From a virus: 64,000 nt of DNA. Position 1 is the first letter of the stretch. The number at the start of each line of letters is the position of its first letter. The notes under the pieces were generated by a model. The model did no database searches. It was not told where the DNA came from and was given only the letters and a program-made list of their open reading frames with translations. Positions 19,406 through 28,529 of this stretch are shown piece after piece. A program made the position numbers and the translations under genes. Location of the stretch: positions 42,082 through 106,081 of the IMG/VR virus record IMGVR_UViG_3300045971_000528, one strand, 5' to 3'.

Positions 19406-19759
19406 TTAGATTGTGTGGCCGATCAGATCCTTGACCGTGATGCTGGCATGGCAGAGCGACTGCTCGTAGTGTAGCTTGGTGCGCTTGCCACTGAGCCGCT
19501 CGACGATGTAGTAGGTCTGCTCGCGCTGCAGGGTGTATGGCGTCTCGGGATCTTTCCGATACCACGTCTCGACCCTCATGATGCCCTTGAAGGTGCCTTC
19601 ATCGACAGACGTGGCTCGACCGCACTGGGCGAACGTGACAACTGGATCGCCGACGTTGATCTGTTTGCCGAAGCGACTGTTGACGGACTCCTCGAGGGGT
19701 TCCTTCTGCGAGCCGAACGCGCGCTCGTCGTAGTGGTGACGGTATCCATAGCGGCTCAT
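19406..19759 (-). CDS. hypothetical protein
   Basis: ORF with GGAG RBS before internal Met. Confidence 0.6.
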   Translation of the reverse strand: MSRYGYRHHYDERAFGSQKEPLEESVNSRFGKQINVGDPVVTFAQCGRATSVDEGTFKGIMRVETWYRKDPETPYTLQREQTYYIVERLSGKRTKLHYEQSLCHASITVKDLIGHTI

Positions 19760-20013
19760 GTCGGTTCTCCGATCGTGAGGGTGACAGGTACGGCCTCGTA
19801 GCGGGGCCATGGTGTGAAGCTACCGCGCCCAGCACTGGTGACCTGGCGGTTGAAGTCATCTTGTCGATCGGCATCCTTGTTCTTCTTGCCGACAACCGAG
19901 AAGGCGCTGCCCTTGGTGTAGAGCTTCGGGGTGGCATACTTGCCGTAGCCAGACTCGTATTCCTGGGTGCCTATCTGGCGGATGAAGTAGAACTGTTGCG
20001 TCGCAGCGCTCAT
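19756..20013 (-). CDS. hypothetical protein
   Basis: AGGAG RBS. Confidence 0.65.
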   Translation of the reverse strand: MSAATQQFYFIRQIGTQEYESGYGKYATPKLYTKGSAFSVVGKKNKDADRQDDFNRQVTSAGRGSFTPWPRYEAVPVTLTIGEPT

Positions 20014-20033
20014 GAGGTTCTCCTGTGAGAGGA

Positions 20034-20051
20034 GAGGGGCCGAAGCCCCTC
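20034..20051 (-). terminator. cUUCGg hairpin after vWA gene
   Basis: GAGGGGC-TTCG-GCCCCTC. Confidence 0.65.
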
Positions 20052-20055
20052 GTGA

Positions 20056-21105
20056 TCAGGCGCTCTTGCCTTCCTTGAAGTGCTTGCCGACGGACGGCCA
20101 GTACAACAGGTTGGTGCCGGCGACGACCTTGCGGTTCGTGCTGGTGGACTGGATGAACACGTCCCATTCGCCGAGGTTGTCAGGCGACAGCTTGGCGTCG
20201 ACGCTGGGCAGACCCACCATCTGGCGAGCAGCCGGGCCGGCGAAGACTTCGCCCGTCTTCTGGTTGCGGACGGCGATCAGCTTGTAGCCCTGCACCTTCA
20301 GTTCGCTCTTGGTGAGCTGGTAGAAGGCGGCGCCCTTCAGCATCTTCGTGCCCAGGCGGGCTTCGACGAAGTCACGGATCTGCTGTTCGTGTTCGGCAGG
20401 GCCGACAGGCAGGAGCTGCACTTCGGCGCCGACGTTGACCAGCGCGGCCTTGACGTCTTCGATGTTGACCTCGGCCATGTTGGCGTAGAAGCGCTTCGTC
20501 GACTTCATGCCCTTCGAGCGACCAGTCATGTAGTCGGTGAAGGCGGCAGTGGCTTGCGCTTGCGCGACTTCGACACCACGCTGGGTCTGCTCCCAGGCCA
20601 GGATGTTGCCTTCGTGGACGCCCAGGCGGATGAGATTCTTGACCTCGGTGGCCGGCACGCGGAAGGTGAAGGTCCAGCGGTCAGATGCGATCAGCTCTTC
20701 CATCTTGGCGATGGCGCGGCCGGAACTCCAGCGACGGCTGTGTTCGTCGCGACCGTCGGTCGTCAGCGAAACCAGGAAGGCGGCATCGGGCTCGTTGGCG
20801 CCGGGTTGGCTCAGCAGGTTGTCGATGGCGTCGCCGACTGCATCCCACAGGGGCGTGCCGCCATTGGTGGAGTAGGACGAAACGGGGGTGAGGGCTTGAA
20901 CGGGCTGGCCGTCTACCACGACGCGTACGTCGGTGGTGTGACCGTAGCCGAGCTCCAGGACTGAGACGATCGTCTCTTGACCGGAGGCAGCCGTTGCGGC
21001 TGCGATGGAAGCAATGAGACCGTTGTAGTCGTTCATTGCTGGGCGAGCGATCCGGGTCATGGAGCCGGAGTGGTCGCGGATGAGGGCCATGAAACTCTTG
21101 GACAT
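20056..21105 (-). CDS. von Willebrand factor A (vWA) domain protein
   Basis: MIDAS DHSGS, GGTPL, TDG. Confidence 0.85.
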   Translation of the reverse strand: MSKSFMALIRDHSGSMTRIARPAMNDYNGLIASIAAATAASGQETIVSVLELGYGHTTDVRVVVDGQPVQALTPVSSYSTNGGTPLWDAVGDAIDNLLSQPGANEPDAAFLVSLTTDGRDEHSRRWSSGRAIAKMEELIASDRWTFTFRVPATEVKNLIRLGVHEGNILAWEQTQRGVEVAQAQATAAFTDYMTGRSKGMKSTKRFYANMAEVNIEDVKAALVNVGAEVQLLPVGPAEHEQQIRDFVEARLGTKMLKGAAFYQLTKSELKVQGYKLIAVRNQKTGEVFAGPAARQMVGLPSVDAKLSPDNLGEWDVFIQSTSTNRKVVAGTNLLYWPSVGKHFKEGKSA

Positions 21106-21241
21106 GTTTGCAAATTCCTTCAAAGACAAAGTTGATGTTGGGAACAAAGTTTGCCGTCTTCCGACGGCGTTCTATTTATACCAATCCACTCTGGTATTGT
21201 ATCACACCATCAACCTGACGTGTCAGGCTGATTGTAACGTG

Positions 21242-22030
21242 TTACTTGATGGAGCAGACCTTGGCAGCTTGGGCCATGGTAGGCCACATAGGACCTGTCA
21301 GCTTGGCACCCTTTGGCAGCGGAATGATGATCCCCGTCTGCTTCTGCACCTCAGCAATGCTAGACCTGAAGGTTTGTGGCGTGGCCTTGGAGGCTGCATG
21401 CGGGTAGATGAAGACCAATACCTCGAGGGTCTTCTGATCAACCAGCACCTTGTAGAAGGCTGTGGGAACTACCACCGCATTCTTACCAATCGTGGTAGCA
21501 CCCTTCAGGTCGTAGATGGGACCGACGTAGACAAGGATGTCATCGCCACGGCCAGCTGCCCATGCACGTGAGCGGACCTCAAGAGACTTCCATGCGGCAC
21601 GATTCAGGCCTGGGAGTTGGGGTGCCGCGTTCGACAGGACGTTGCTCTCGAGGGAGAGTTGGTCTGTGGACCGCATGTCAGCGCTGTTGGCCATGTGGCC
21701 AATGTCGTAGCCTGACTTGGCGTAGTCCTTGGTCTCAGCGCGCTTCCCAGCCGGGACAGACGGCTCGGGCTTGAAGCCAGCAGCGCGATCATCGCATCCA
21801 GTGGCTGAAGCAGGAGTCAGGGTGTAGGCGACCCATGCCGGGATCTTGGCCTTGTTGTCATGCGCAAGCGCGTAACCTTCACGACAGATAGGCGTGATGT
21901 CAGACTTGGAGACTTTGGGCTGACCGTAGGGGAGGTGAGCCTTGCAAGCATCCATTGGCATGGATGGCCGAATGCCGGCAGCTGAGGCGGTCAGTGAAAC
22001 GGCAAGAAGCAGGAGGGGCAGCAAGCGCAT
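21242..22030 (-). CDS. secreted DNA/RNA non-specific endonuclease (NucA/EndA family)
   Basis: signal peptide, YDIGH, PQ...LN..W motifs. Confidence 0.9.
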   Translation of the reverse strand: MRLLPLLLLAVSLTASAAGIRPSMPMDACKAHLPYGQPKVSKSDITPICREGYALAHDNKAKIPAWVAYTLTPASATGCDDRAAGFKPEPSVPAGKRAETKDYAKSGYDIGHMANSADMRSTDQLSLESNVLSNAAPQLPGLNRAAWKSLEVRSRAWAAGRGDDILVYVGPIYDLKGATTIGKNAVVVPTAFYKVLVDQKTLEVLVFIYPHAASKATPQTFRSSIAEVQKQTGIIIPLPKGAKLTGPMWPTMAQAAKVCSIK

Positions 22031-22100
22031 GAGGATCCTTGTGGTGTGGGATATTTACAGGCGCTGGGCTCAGTACAATTCAAGATTGCCAGGATACGTG

Positions 22101-22230
22101 CGTGAACAAAAGATAGAAATCGGGGATGACATGGGAATCGAACCCTCTCCTCCGTCCGTCAGGACGGTGTGCAGCCTCTACACCACAGTCGCTATGATGG
22201 CAGCGATAACCAATTTCAAGTCGGTTCACG
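22101..22230 (-). ncRNA. Y-RNA-like element 1 (D-arm, anticodon-like arm and T-arm cargo)
   Basis: shared end-pairing module CCG..GGTTATC..TTTTG. Confidence 0.7.
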
Positions 22231-22232
22231 AC

Positions 22233-22386
22233 TTTCTAAATCAACTGGAGTGGAGACTGCTCTTGCTGCAGGCTTGGCCGTCTCGCTAAAGCGCCCTGAC
22301 CTTACGGTCATTATGCGTCTTCCAACGACCGATCGCTGCTCGCGAGCTTAGAAGGGTACAGATGAAGGTGCCAGTTGATTGAGAAA
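22233..22386 (-). ncRNA. rod-shaped ncRNA with central bubble (6S-like candidate)
   Basis: 16-bp terminal pairing with 1 mismatch, pyrimidine-rich bubble, GNRA-capped tip. Confidence 0.5.
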
Positions 22387-22473
22387 AGCGTGTGAAGACA
22401 GCAAAGGGTTTTTGGAACGGAGGTCGGATGGATGATAACCGTCCCAGATCGGCTGTCTACAAGATCTATTCTA

Positions 22474-22716
22474 TCACTCTTCCGAGCGATTTGCTGCGGC
22501 AATCAGGTCAGCCGCAAAAGAAGGGTCGCGCTTGCTGATGCTGTTGGCATAGGCGATGACGTCTTGCGCAGTCTCAGCCTTGTCGAGCGGCTTCACTTCA
22601 CGGAACTGCTCCGAGATGAAGTCAATGCCACCATCGATTGCATCGATGATCTTGGTGAAGGCGTTAGCCGCCCAGACGGCGCCACGCGGTGCCTTGAACA
22701 TTTCTTCGTGTTCCAT
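22474..22716 (-). CDS. hypothetical protein
   Basis: 80-aa ORF with AGGA RBS. Confidence 0.6.
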   Translation of the reverse strand: MEHEEMFKAPRGAVWAANAFTKIIDAIDGGIDFISEQFREVKPLDKAETAQDVIAYANSISKRDPSFAADLIAAANRSEE

Positions 22717-22718
22717 GA

Positions 22719-22955
22719 TCAGTCCTTCTTCAGAATGAAGGCGTACATCTCGACTGCCTTTGCAGTGAGTTCGTCGATGCCATACATCTTTGGCACGAGC
22801 TTTGACATCTCGTCGACAGTGGCCTTGTTGGCGTTGATCAGGGCTTGCATCATCGTCGTTGCGAAGTCGCAGTTACGGTGAAATTGGGCATCCAGTTGTT
22901 CTTTCGCCATCTGAAGAATTTCGAGGCGAATTTCGTACGGGGTCTTTGAAGACAT
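22719..22955 (-). CDS. conserved phage hypothetical protein
   Basis: TPYEIRLEILQMAK N-terminus. Confidence 0.65.
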   Translation of the reverse strand: MSSKTPYEIRLEILQMAKEQLDAQFHRNCDFATTMMQALINANKATVDEMSKLVPKMYGIDELTAKAVEMYAFILKKD

Positions 22956-23011
22956 TGCGTTTCCTTGCTGTGTCCGCGATTATACTGGCTCGCGGTGTGC
23001 CAGTGCAGGGT

Positions 23012-23737
23012 TCAATGAACCCTTGTCTTGTGCTCGTCGATCAGCGTGACCAACCAGTCCGGTGGATTGGTAGTGTCATCGACCATGCCTGCTGGCAGGG
23101 TGATCTGATAGACCTCAGAGTTCTCACCCTGAACTCGTGCACGAAGCTTCATCATGGCGACCATCTGGTGGTGCTCTGATGAGAAGCGATCGATCTTCAC
23201 GAGGCGCTCAATCTCGAGCATCTTTCGGTAGTTGCCGTCCTTGGTCTCCTTGAACCCCGGACGACCGATGAAGACGAACAGTTCGTTCTCCTCATCTTGC
23301 TTCTCTTGGTCTGGAGTGCGGTTGATCTTCCAGCCGGCTAGCTTGAGTTTGACACCGAGCTTAGCATCAAGGTGCTTTGCAAGTTCGTTCAAATCGATCT
23401 TGTCCTGTAGCTTGCGGATGGCAGGTGCATCCATCTTGGTCATTGCGACAACGATGCTAGTGAGGAGCTGATTCAGAACTTGCCCGTACTCGTAGCGTGT
23501 GGAGTGATCTACGCTTTTGTTGTTTTGCACGTCGATCAGCGGCTTGATGTACGTCAGCAGAACCTCGGGAGAATCGACCGAGTGCTTGTCATACGCCTTG
23601 TTCAGAATGCTAGCGAGCATCTCCTCATCTTCACCCATGGTGCGAAGCACGCGAAGGGTGATGGCAAACTGGTTCCCGTGCCAGATCTTGGTCAAGGGAC
23701 TGAAGTCAGAGGATTCGAGGAGTTGAGCTACACGCAT
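23012..23737 (-). CDS. hypothetical late protein (MRVAQLLE leader)
   Basis: ATAAATA 4 nt before ATG. Confidence 0.7.
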   Translation of the reverse strand: MRVAQLLESSDFSPLTKIWHGNQFAITLRVLRTMGEDEEMLASILNKAYDKHSVDSPEVLLTYIKPLIDVQNNKSVDHSTRYEYGQVLNQLLTSIVVAMTKMDAPAIRKLQDKIDLNELAKHLDAKLGVKLKLAGWKINRTPDQEKQDEENELFVFIGRPGFKETKDGNYRKMLEIERLVKIDRFSSEHHQMVAMMKLRARVQGENSEVYQITLPAGMVDDTTNPPDWLVTLIDEHKTRVH

Positions 23738-23747
23738 GCGATATTTA

Positions 23748-23839
23748 TGGAGGAGACGGCGGGATTCGAACCCGCGGATCCTGTGAGGGACCTCAACCTT
23801 TCCAGGGTTGTGCAATCAGCCGGGCTCTGCCACGTCTCC
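23748..23839 (-). tRNA. tRNA-Ser(GGA)
   Basis: cloverleaf, long V arm, CCA. Confidence 0.92.
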
Positions 23840-23899
23840 AGATTGCTGGGATCGCTTTCACGATCCCGTAACTCTTCGTACACTTGGTACGTGAGCTAT

Positions 23900-24133
23900 T
23901 TACTTGGCGGCGGAAGCTGCCTTTGCCGGTACACGTGGGACCACGGTACTTGGGTGAACGTTCTTCAGATGCAGTGCCTTGGCAGCACTGCGTTCACGCT
24001 GATACTTCTTGACAGCAGCCTTGTTCTTGGCTGCTTGGGAAGCTGCAGTAGTTGGTGCTGAAGCTGCAGGTGCTGCCGCTTGAGCGACGAGTGAAGTGGC
24101 CAAAAGGGAGGCCAGCAAAAATGACTTGATCAT
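23900..24133 (-). CDS. small secreted Ala/Lys-rich protein
   Basis: signal peptide. Confidence 0.65.
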   Translation of the reverse strand: MIKSFLLASLLATSLVAQAAAPAASAPTTAASQAAKNKAAVKKYQRERSAAKALHLKNVHPSTVVPRVPAKAASAAK

Positions 24134-24408
24134 GGAAGATTCCTATTGTTTGGTTGGCAGAGGTGTCTCGCCGCCACCGGCGCGAGTATTTCTACGTTCA
24201 ACGGCAACCTGCACATCGGTCTTGCGGCGATTTCCGACCGCGGCGGTGCGTGGAAATCCGTTGAAGGTTCGGTAAGATGTAAAGCTGACACCACAGAGAA
24301 GCGCGAGAATCGTCAAATCTGCTGGTTTCATCTGTTATCTCCATCCATATGCGTATACCTGCCGGTGATATGGTATTTAGCAGGTTCTGCGCATGAAGCA
24401 CCGTTTGT

Positions 24409-24847
24409 ATTCAAAGTCCTATAGCCGGGGTTCTGTCTAGACCTGTCATTCATCTACGGCTTTCACCGTCCTCGTGGGGTTTCAATCCCAGTCATAGGTG
24501 CAACAACCCGTTCCCTCGGCGAGCAGCGTCAGCGAGAACTGTTTGTCTTGCTCCAGAATCGTTGTGGTGCAAACGGGGCTAGCCGTGTTTCCTTACTGCA
24601 AGTCCGTCATTCACGAGAGTAAACACAGAACATCTCATGACACTTTGGCGAAACAAACAGCCTCGCGCTTTGAAGCGAGTCCCCTCCCACAGAGCGATCA
24701 TCCTTGCTCTTCGGAGCCCCGAACTTCCTCTAGACGGTTAGGTTTGTACCACACGGACTGGTTTCATCGACTTGATAGTCTCCACCAGAGGCTCAGCACA
24801 ATTATCGTTGTCACCTAATTCGTCCAGCGACAGGTCGGACTTTGAAT
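24409..24847 (-). ncRNA. rnpB: RNase P RNA
   Basis: P1 TTCAAAGTCC/GGACTTTGAA, P2 GACCTGTC/GACAGGTC, GAGGAAGTTCGGGGCTCC, GGAGCAAG, AGATGAATGA, ACAGAACCCCGGCTATAG. Confidence 0.9.
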
Positions 24848-25011
24848 TCTTGTCCAATGGATCAAGTGAATGTCGAAGCATCCGATCACGAATGACCTTG
24901 ATCTTCGAACTCCCCTTGTCGCAGTACCAGCAGCTACAATAGATCTTGTGCTTCTGCCGGTTCATCTTGATTCCGCGATCACGGTTCTTTCGATCACTCA
25001 TTGAAGTATCC

Positions 25012-25105
25012 TGGCGGTGATGGTGGGATTCGAACCCACGGGCCGTCTTGCGACGACCTCTTCCTTAGCAGGGAAGCCCGATAAGCCTGGCTCTGGCACA
25101 TCACC
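25012..25105 (-). tRNA. tRNA-Ser(GCT)
   Basis: cloverleaf, CCA. Confidence 0.92.
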
Positions 25106-25110
25106 TTTGT

Positions 25111-25335
25111 TTACTGTCGCGATAGGTGCGACTTGATCGCTGCGCGCATCTTCGGCAGAGAGTCTGCCAAAATGGGCTTGTCATTCAGCCGAATGTAGTA
25201 GTGCCCAGGCTCTCCTGGGACATTCCTGAATCGAATCGTGCCAATGACCTTGTCACCACAACGAGCCTCATAAGTTCCTTCCTCTCGGTCGAGAACTTTG
25301 AGCACGATCTTGTCGGTGATTTCGAGTAGTATCAT
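25111..25335 (-). CDS. small late protein (MILLEI leader)
   Basis: ATAAATA 5 nt before ATG. Confidence 0.65.
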   Translation of the reverse strand: MILLEITDKIVLKVLDREEGTYEARCGDKVIGTIRFRNVPGEPGHYYIRLNDKPILADSLPKMRAAIKSHLSRQ

Positions 25336-25348
25336 GCAGCTATTTATG

Positions 25349-25433
25349 TGGTCCCCTCGGCGAGACTCGAACTCGCACGCCTTTCAGCACCGGATTTTGA
25401 ATCCAGCGCGTCTACCAATTCCGCCACGAGGGG
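25349..25433 (-). tRNA. tRNA-Leu(CAA)
   Basis: cloverleaf, CCA. Confidence 0.92.
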
Positions 25434-25637
25434 TTAGTTCTTGCAGGTGGGTGTCATGCCTTGAGCATCCACCCACTTCGTTAGGTTGCCGGCACGATCC
25501 TTGATCCACTTCTCACCGCTGATGCAGACGACTGAAGCGTTCGCATCGCGCTTGACCTTTGCTGTGGACATTGCGATGATCAACACCGAGATGGGCACGA
25601 TAGCTGCGATCACGGCGATTAGAAGGGTCTTGTTCAT
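25434..25637 (-). CDS. small membrane-anchored protein
   Basis: N-terminal hydrophobic helix. Confidence 0.55.
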   Translation of the reverse strand: MNKTLLIAVIAAIVPISVLIIAMSTAKVKRDANASVVCISGEKWIKDRAGNLTKWVDAQGMTPTCKN

Positions 25638-25649
25638 ACCTTGCCTTGT

Positions 25650-25741
25650 TGGAGGAGATGGTGGGATTCGAACCCACGGCCAGGTTTCCCCAGCTCCGCA
25701 TTTCGAGTGCGGTGCAATAAGCCAGACTCTACCACATCTCC
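25650..25741 (-). tRNA. tRNA-Ser(CGA)
   Basis: cloverleaf, CCA. Confidence 0.92.
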
Positions 25742-26169
25742 ATTGTTTCTCTGAGCCCTTGACGAATGTCCATCACGAGCTTTCCTAGTTTGTTCTCTCC
25801 GATCCCGTTGCAGACTCCCCAGTAGATGTCTCCCCAGGTGTTCGTCTCTTCGAGATACATGTCGCCCGTGTTGAGCAACCAGATCTGTTCTTTGCCGTCC
25901 GCGTACTTTTGGAAGTTCACGTCAGCCATAACGTCATCACGAATTCCTTCGTACCAACCCGGTCGAATGACGACCTCTTGACCAAGGCGGCGTGCATCAC
26001 GTGGCTTCTCAGCGGCTTGGATGACTCGACGATGGTCGAGGTTCAGGGTCTTCGCTGCTTGATACGCGTGTTCAGTCGTGCGGTAGATCTCACCGTCATA
26101 CACCACCTTCTTGAAGTGGAAGTTGGAGAGGAACCGAAATGGACCGAAGAAACCGCGGATTGCTTGCAT
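25729..26169 (-). CDS. NADAR (YbiA-like) family protein
   Basis: FLSNF, EHAYQAAK, DIYWG, GENKLG motifs. Confidence 0.9.
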   Translation of the reverse strand: MQAIRGFFGPFRFLSNFHFKKVVYDGEIYRTTEHAYQAAKTLNLDHRRVIQAAEKPRDARRLGQEVVIRPGWYEGIRDDVMADVNFQKYADGKEQIWLLNTGDMYLEETNTWGDIYWGVCNGIGENKLGKLVMDIRQGLRETMEMW

Positions 26170-26172
26170 AAT

Positions 26173-26248
26173 TGGCTCCACCTCCTGGGCTCGAACCAGG
26201 GACCCACTGATTAACAGTCAGTTGCTCTACCAGCTGAGCTAAGGCGGA
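26173..26248 (-). tRNA. tRNA-Asn(GTT)
   Basis: cloverleaf, CCA. Confidence 0.93.
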
Positions 26249-26257
26249 ATGGAATAT

Positions 26258-26336
26258 TGGGGTGGTTGGTATTGTAGCTGCAGATTCGAACTGCTTGAAA
26301 CCATTCTACACTAAGAGTCAGTCAGTGGCCACCAAC
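26258..26336 (-). ncRNA. minimal tRNA-like RNA (T-arm, CCA end, no cloverleaf)
   Basis: GCAG-TTCGAAT-CTGC; GTTGGT/ACCAAC closing stem. Confidence 0.4.
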
Positions 26337-26392
26337 TTTCTCTGATCGGCCGATCACCTGCCCCTCTTGCGAAGGGACCCACCCGTTTTCTG

Positions 26393-26479
26393 TGGTGCGC
26401 GGGGCGGGACTCGAACCCGCATGCCGGTTAAGGCGTCAGGACCTAAACCTGGTGCGTCTACCAATTTCGCCACCCGCGC
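26393..26479 (-). tRNA. tRNA-Leu(TAG)
   Basis: cloverleaf, CCA. Confidence 0.92.
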
Positions 26480-26485
26480 AGAAAC

Positions 26486-26622
26486 CTTGATCTGAACACC
26501 GACAAAAGGCGATGTCGGAGATTGCCCACCTTTACCAAAGGGCATGGACGAATCGAACGTCCTCGGTTCTATTTCCACAATTGAAGGTAACCAACAATCA
26601 AGCGGTCGGTCTTCAGATCAAG
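26486..26622 (-). ncRNA. Y-RNA-like element 2
   Basis: shared module plus T-arm GGACG-TTCGATT-CGTCC. Confidence 0.7.
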
Positions 26623-26627
26623 ATTCA

Positions 26628-26702
26628 TGGTGCCCCAGGTAGGAATCGAACTCACGACCTACCGCTTACAAGGCGGTTGCTCTACCACTGAGCTACTAGG
26701 GC
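26628..26702 (-). tRNA. tRNA-Thr(TGT)
   Basis: cloverleaf, CCA. Confidence 0.9.
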
Positions 26703-26712
26703 ATTCAAACTT

Positions 26713-26788
26713 TGGAGTGGCGAGCCAGAATCGAACTGAGCTTCTGAAGGGTTGCAGCCTTCCGGATGGACCAATCTCCCACCGCCAC
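26713..26788 (-). tRNA. tRNA-Cys(GCA)
   Basis: loop CTGCAAC, U73, CCA. Confidence 0.8.
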
Positions 26789-26804
26789 ATTATCTGTTAT
26801 TGTA

Positions 26805-27092
26805 TCACACTGTCAGGACTTCGTGTCCTTCAACAGTCAGGTTGTCCTCTTCTTCTGGAAGCGGATCCTTTGGAATCTTCTTGAGCCAGTCCTGAGGAAC
26901 ATGAACTGTCTCGCCAATACCACCGTACTCGGAGATGAGATCACTGCCTTGGCTCTTCACAAGCCAGATGGTGCCATGTTCAGGGTGCCCGATGTAGTCG
27001 ATCTGAACGCACTCGACGATCTTGCCGGTGGAGTGTCCGTCCAAGCTCTTGATGACCACAGCGAGATCACCTGGTTCTAGTGAGTTCGACAT
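26805..27092 (-). CDS. hypothetical protein
   Basis: 95-aa ORF. Confidence 0.6.
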   Translation of the reverse strand: MSNSLEPGDLAVVIKSLDGHSTGKIVECVQIDYIGHPEHGTIWLVKSQGSDLISEYGGIGETVHVPQDWLKKIPKDPLPEEEDNLTVEGHEVLTV

Positions 27093-27304
27093 CAGACGCC
27101 TGTGCGAAGTTCAGTGATGTGAATCTGTTGGCCGGTGAGCTTCTCGCCGATCACTGTGGTGTCGAGAGCAACCTTGTTGATGAGGTGCGTACCTTCACCG
27201 AGCACACTGACGTCTGCACCAAGTTCGCGCAGCGCGCGTGCGATCGCAACCAAGATGTAGCCCTTACGGGAATGATCTGGACCGCTGACTTGAATCTGAA
27301 CCAT
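27092..27304 (-). CDS. hypothetical protein
   Basis: AGGAG RBS. Confidence 0.6.
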   Translation of the reverse strand: MVQIQVSGPDHSRKGYILVAIARALRELGADVSVLGEGTHLINKVALDTTVIGEKLTGQQIHITELRTGV

Positions 27305-27322
27305 CGCTGTCTCCTTGTGGTT

Positions 27323-27414
27323 TGGTAGGACCGCTCGGATTCGAACCGAGATCGTGCGCTAATCTGGCGCTCATGGCTTATAAGGCCACCGCTCTACCGT
27401 TGAGCTACAGTCCC
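27323..27414 (-). tRNA. tRNA-Ile(TAT) with long variable arm
   Basis: loop CTTATAA, CCA. Confidence 0.8.
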
Positions 27415-27459
27415 TTGGACTGTAGGTATTCGTGAAAAATCCATGTCAAAACTCCTTGA

Positions 27460-27533
27460 GGGTTGCGGGACCCTGAATCGAACAGTACTTCCGGGTTATG
27501 AGCCCAGTGTGCGGCCTCCACACTCGTCCCGCG
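27460..27533 (-). tRNA. degenerate initiator-like tRNA-Met(CAT)
   Basis: C1:A72 mismatch, GGG/CCC anticodon stem; mismatched T stem, no CCA. Confidence 0.6.
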
Positions 27534-27543
27534 ATTGATCTTT

Positions 27544-27629
27544 TGGTGCGCCGGGTGGGCCTCGAACCCACAATCCCGGAGGAAGCGGGGCTTAAACCCG
27601 CTGCGTATACCCACTTTCGCCACCGGCGC
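27544..27629 (-). tRNA. tRNA-Leu(TAA)
   Basis: cloverleaf, CCA. Confidence 0.88.
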
Positions 27630-27634
27630 CTTGT

Positions 27635-28033
27635 TCAGGTCTTTGGTAAGCGGACTGTCTTGATGTGAGCTGCTGCAGCCATATCGAATGAAACGATGTG
27701 ATCGTGCAGAATCTCTTCGAGACTCAGAATTGTTTTCTCATTCGACTTCGCCGGCGAAGTCGCAAGCATGTGCATCGCTTGGGCAAGCTCCTTATGGCGA
27801 GCTCGGTGAAGATCAAGACCTGGGCAACCCATGCGCTCCATCAGCGTCTCTTCAACGATGAAGTGCCGGCAGAGCTCACCACAAAAATCAGCGAGCTCGA
27901 TCTGAATGAGATTTTGCGGCACACAAGCAGTAATCATCGCTGCTATGTTCGTAGCCATGATGAGTAGGCTGAAGTGATCAGCGTCCATTTCGAGTACGCC
28001 TGTGGCATACTTGCTTGTCACTTCGGTCATCAT
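27635..28033 (-). CDS. bacteriohemerythrin-like protein
   Basis: MDADH, HF..EE.LM, H...H, HI...D iron ligands. Confidence 0.85.
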   Translation of the reverse strand: MMTEVTSKYATGVLEMDADHFSLLIMATNIAAMITACVPQNLIQIELADFCGELCRHFIVEETLMERMGCPGLDLHRARHKELAQAMHMLATSPAKSNEKTILSLEEILHDHIVSFDMAAAAHIKTVRLPKT

Positions 28034-28063
28034 GGATTTACGCGAACGTCTCCGGTTTTATTT

Positions 28064-28138
28064 TGGTGCCCATGGAGAGAATCGGACTCTCGACCTCCCC
28101 CTTACCAAGGGGGTGCTCTGCCACTGAGCCACATGGGC
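28064..28138 (-). tRNA. tRNA-Thr(GGT)
   Basis: cloverleaf, CCA. Confidence 0.92.
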
Positions 28139-28148
28139 GTTTTTCTAT

Positions 28149-28436
28149 TTAGGCATCCGGGGGTCTATTCAACCTATTTCTGCCGATGTGGTAGCCATCG
28201 CAGTGAATGCACTTGTAGTTGGAGAAGTAGCAGCTGTTCTTCTTGGTCATGGCTGCAGCAGACTTCTCAGCGGTGGCCTTGGTGTTGTACATCACCTTCG
28301 GCTTACCCGATCCCTGAGCAACGTGTGAATTGATGTGGAACAGCCCCCACGCATTGCGAGTGATGAAGAAGTTCCGAAAGAACCGAAGTGGCGGCCCTTG
28401 ATCCAAGAGAGCCAACCAGAGGTTTCTCAGCTTCAT
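28149..28436 (-). CDS. hypothetical protein with C-terminal CxxC...H zinc motif
   Basis: YKCIHCDGYHIG; AAGGA RBS. Confidence 0.65.
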   Translation of the reverse strand: MKLRNLWLALLDQGPPLRFFRNFFITRNAWGLFHINSHVAQGSGKPKVMYNTKATAEKSAAAMTKKNSCYFSNYKCIHCDGYHIGRNRLNRPPDA

Positions 28437-28454
28437 GATTGTTCCTTGATGTAG

Positions 28455-28529
28455 TGGTGGAGACCGCGAGAATCGAACTCGTCTAGACATCCTCGCTGCC
28501 AGCGAGAACCGCAACCCATTGCTGCCCCC
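28455..28529 (-). tRNA. tRNA-Ala(GGC), atypical D arm
   Basis: G3:U70, loop CTGGCAG, CCA. Confidence 0.7.

Noticed and set aside
20056-21105. vWA protein as the Ro60/TROVE partner
   Set aside because: Its vWA domain is N-terminal and there is no preceding helical TROVE ring.
22121-22192. tRNA-Val(GAC)
   Set aside because: 6-nt loop, unpaired acceptor stem, no CCA; it is the cargo of Y-like element 1.
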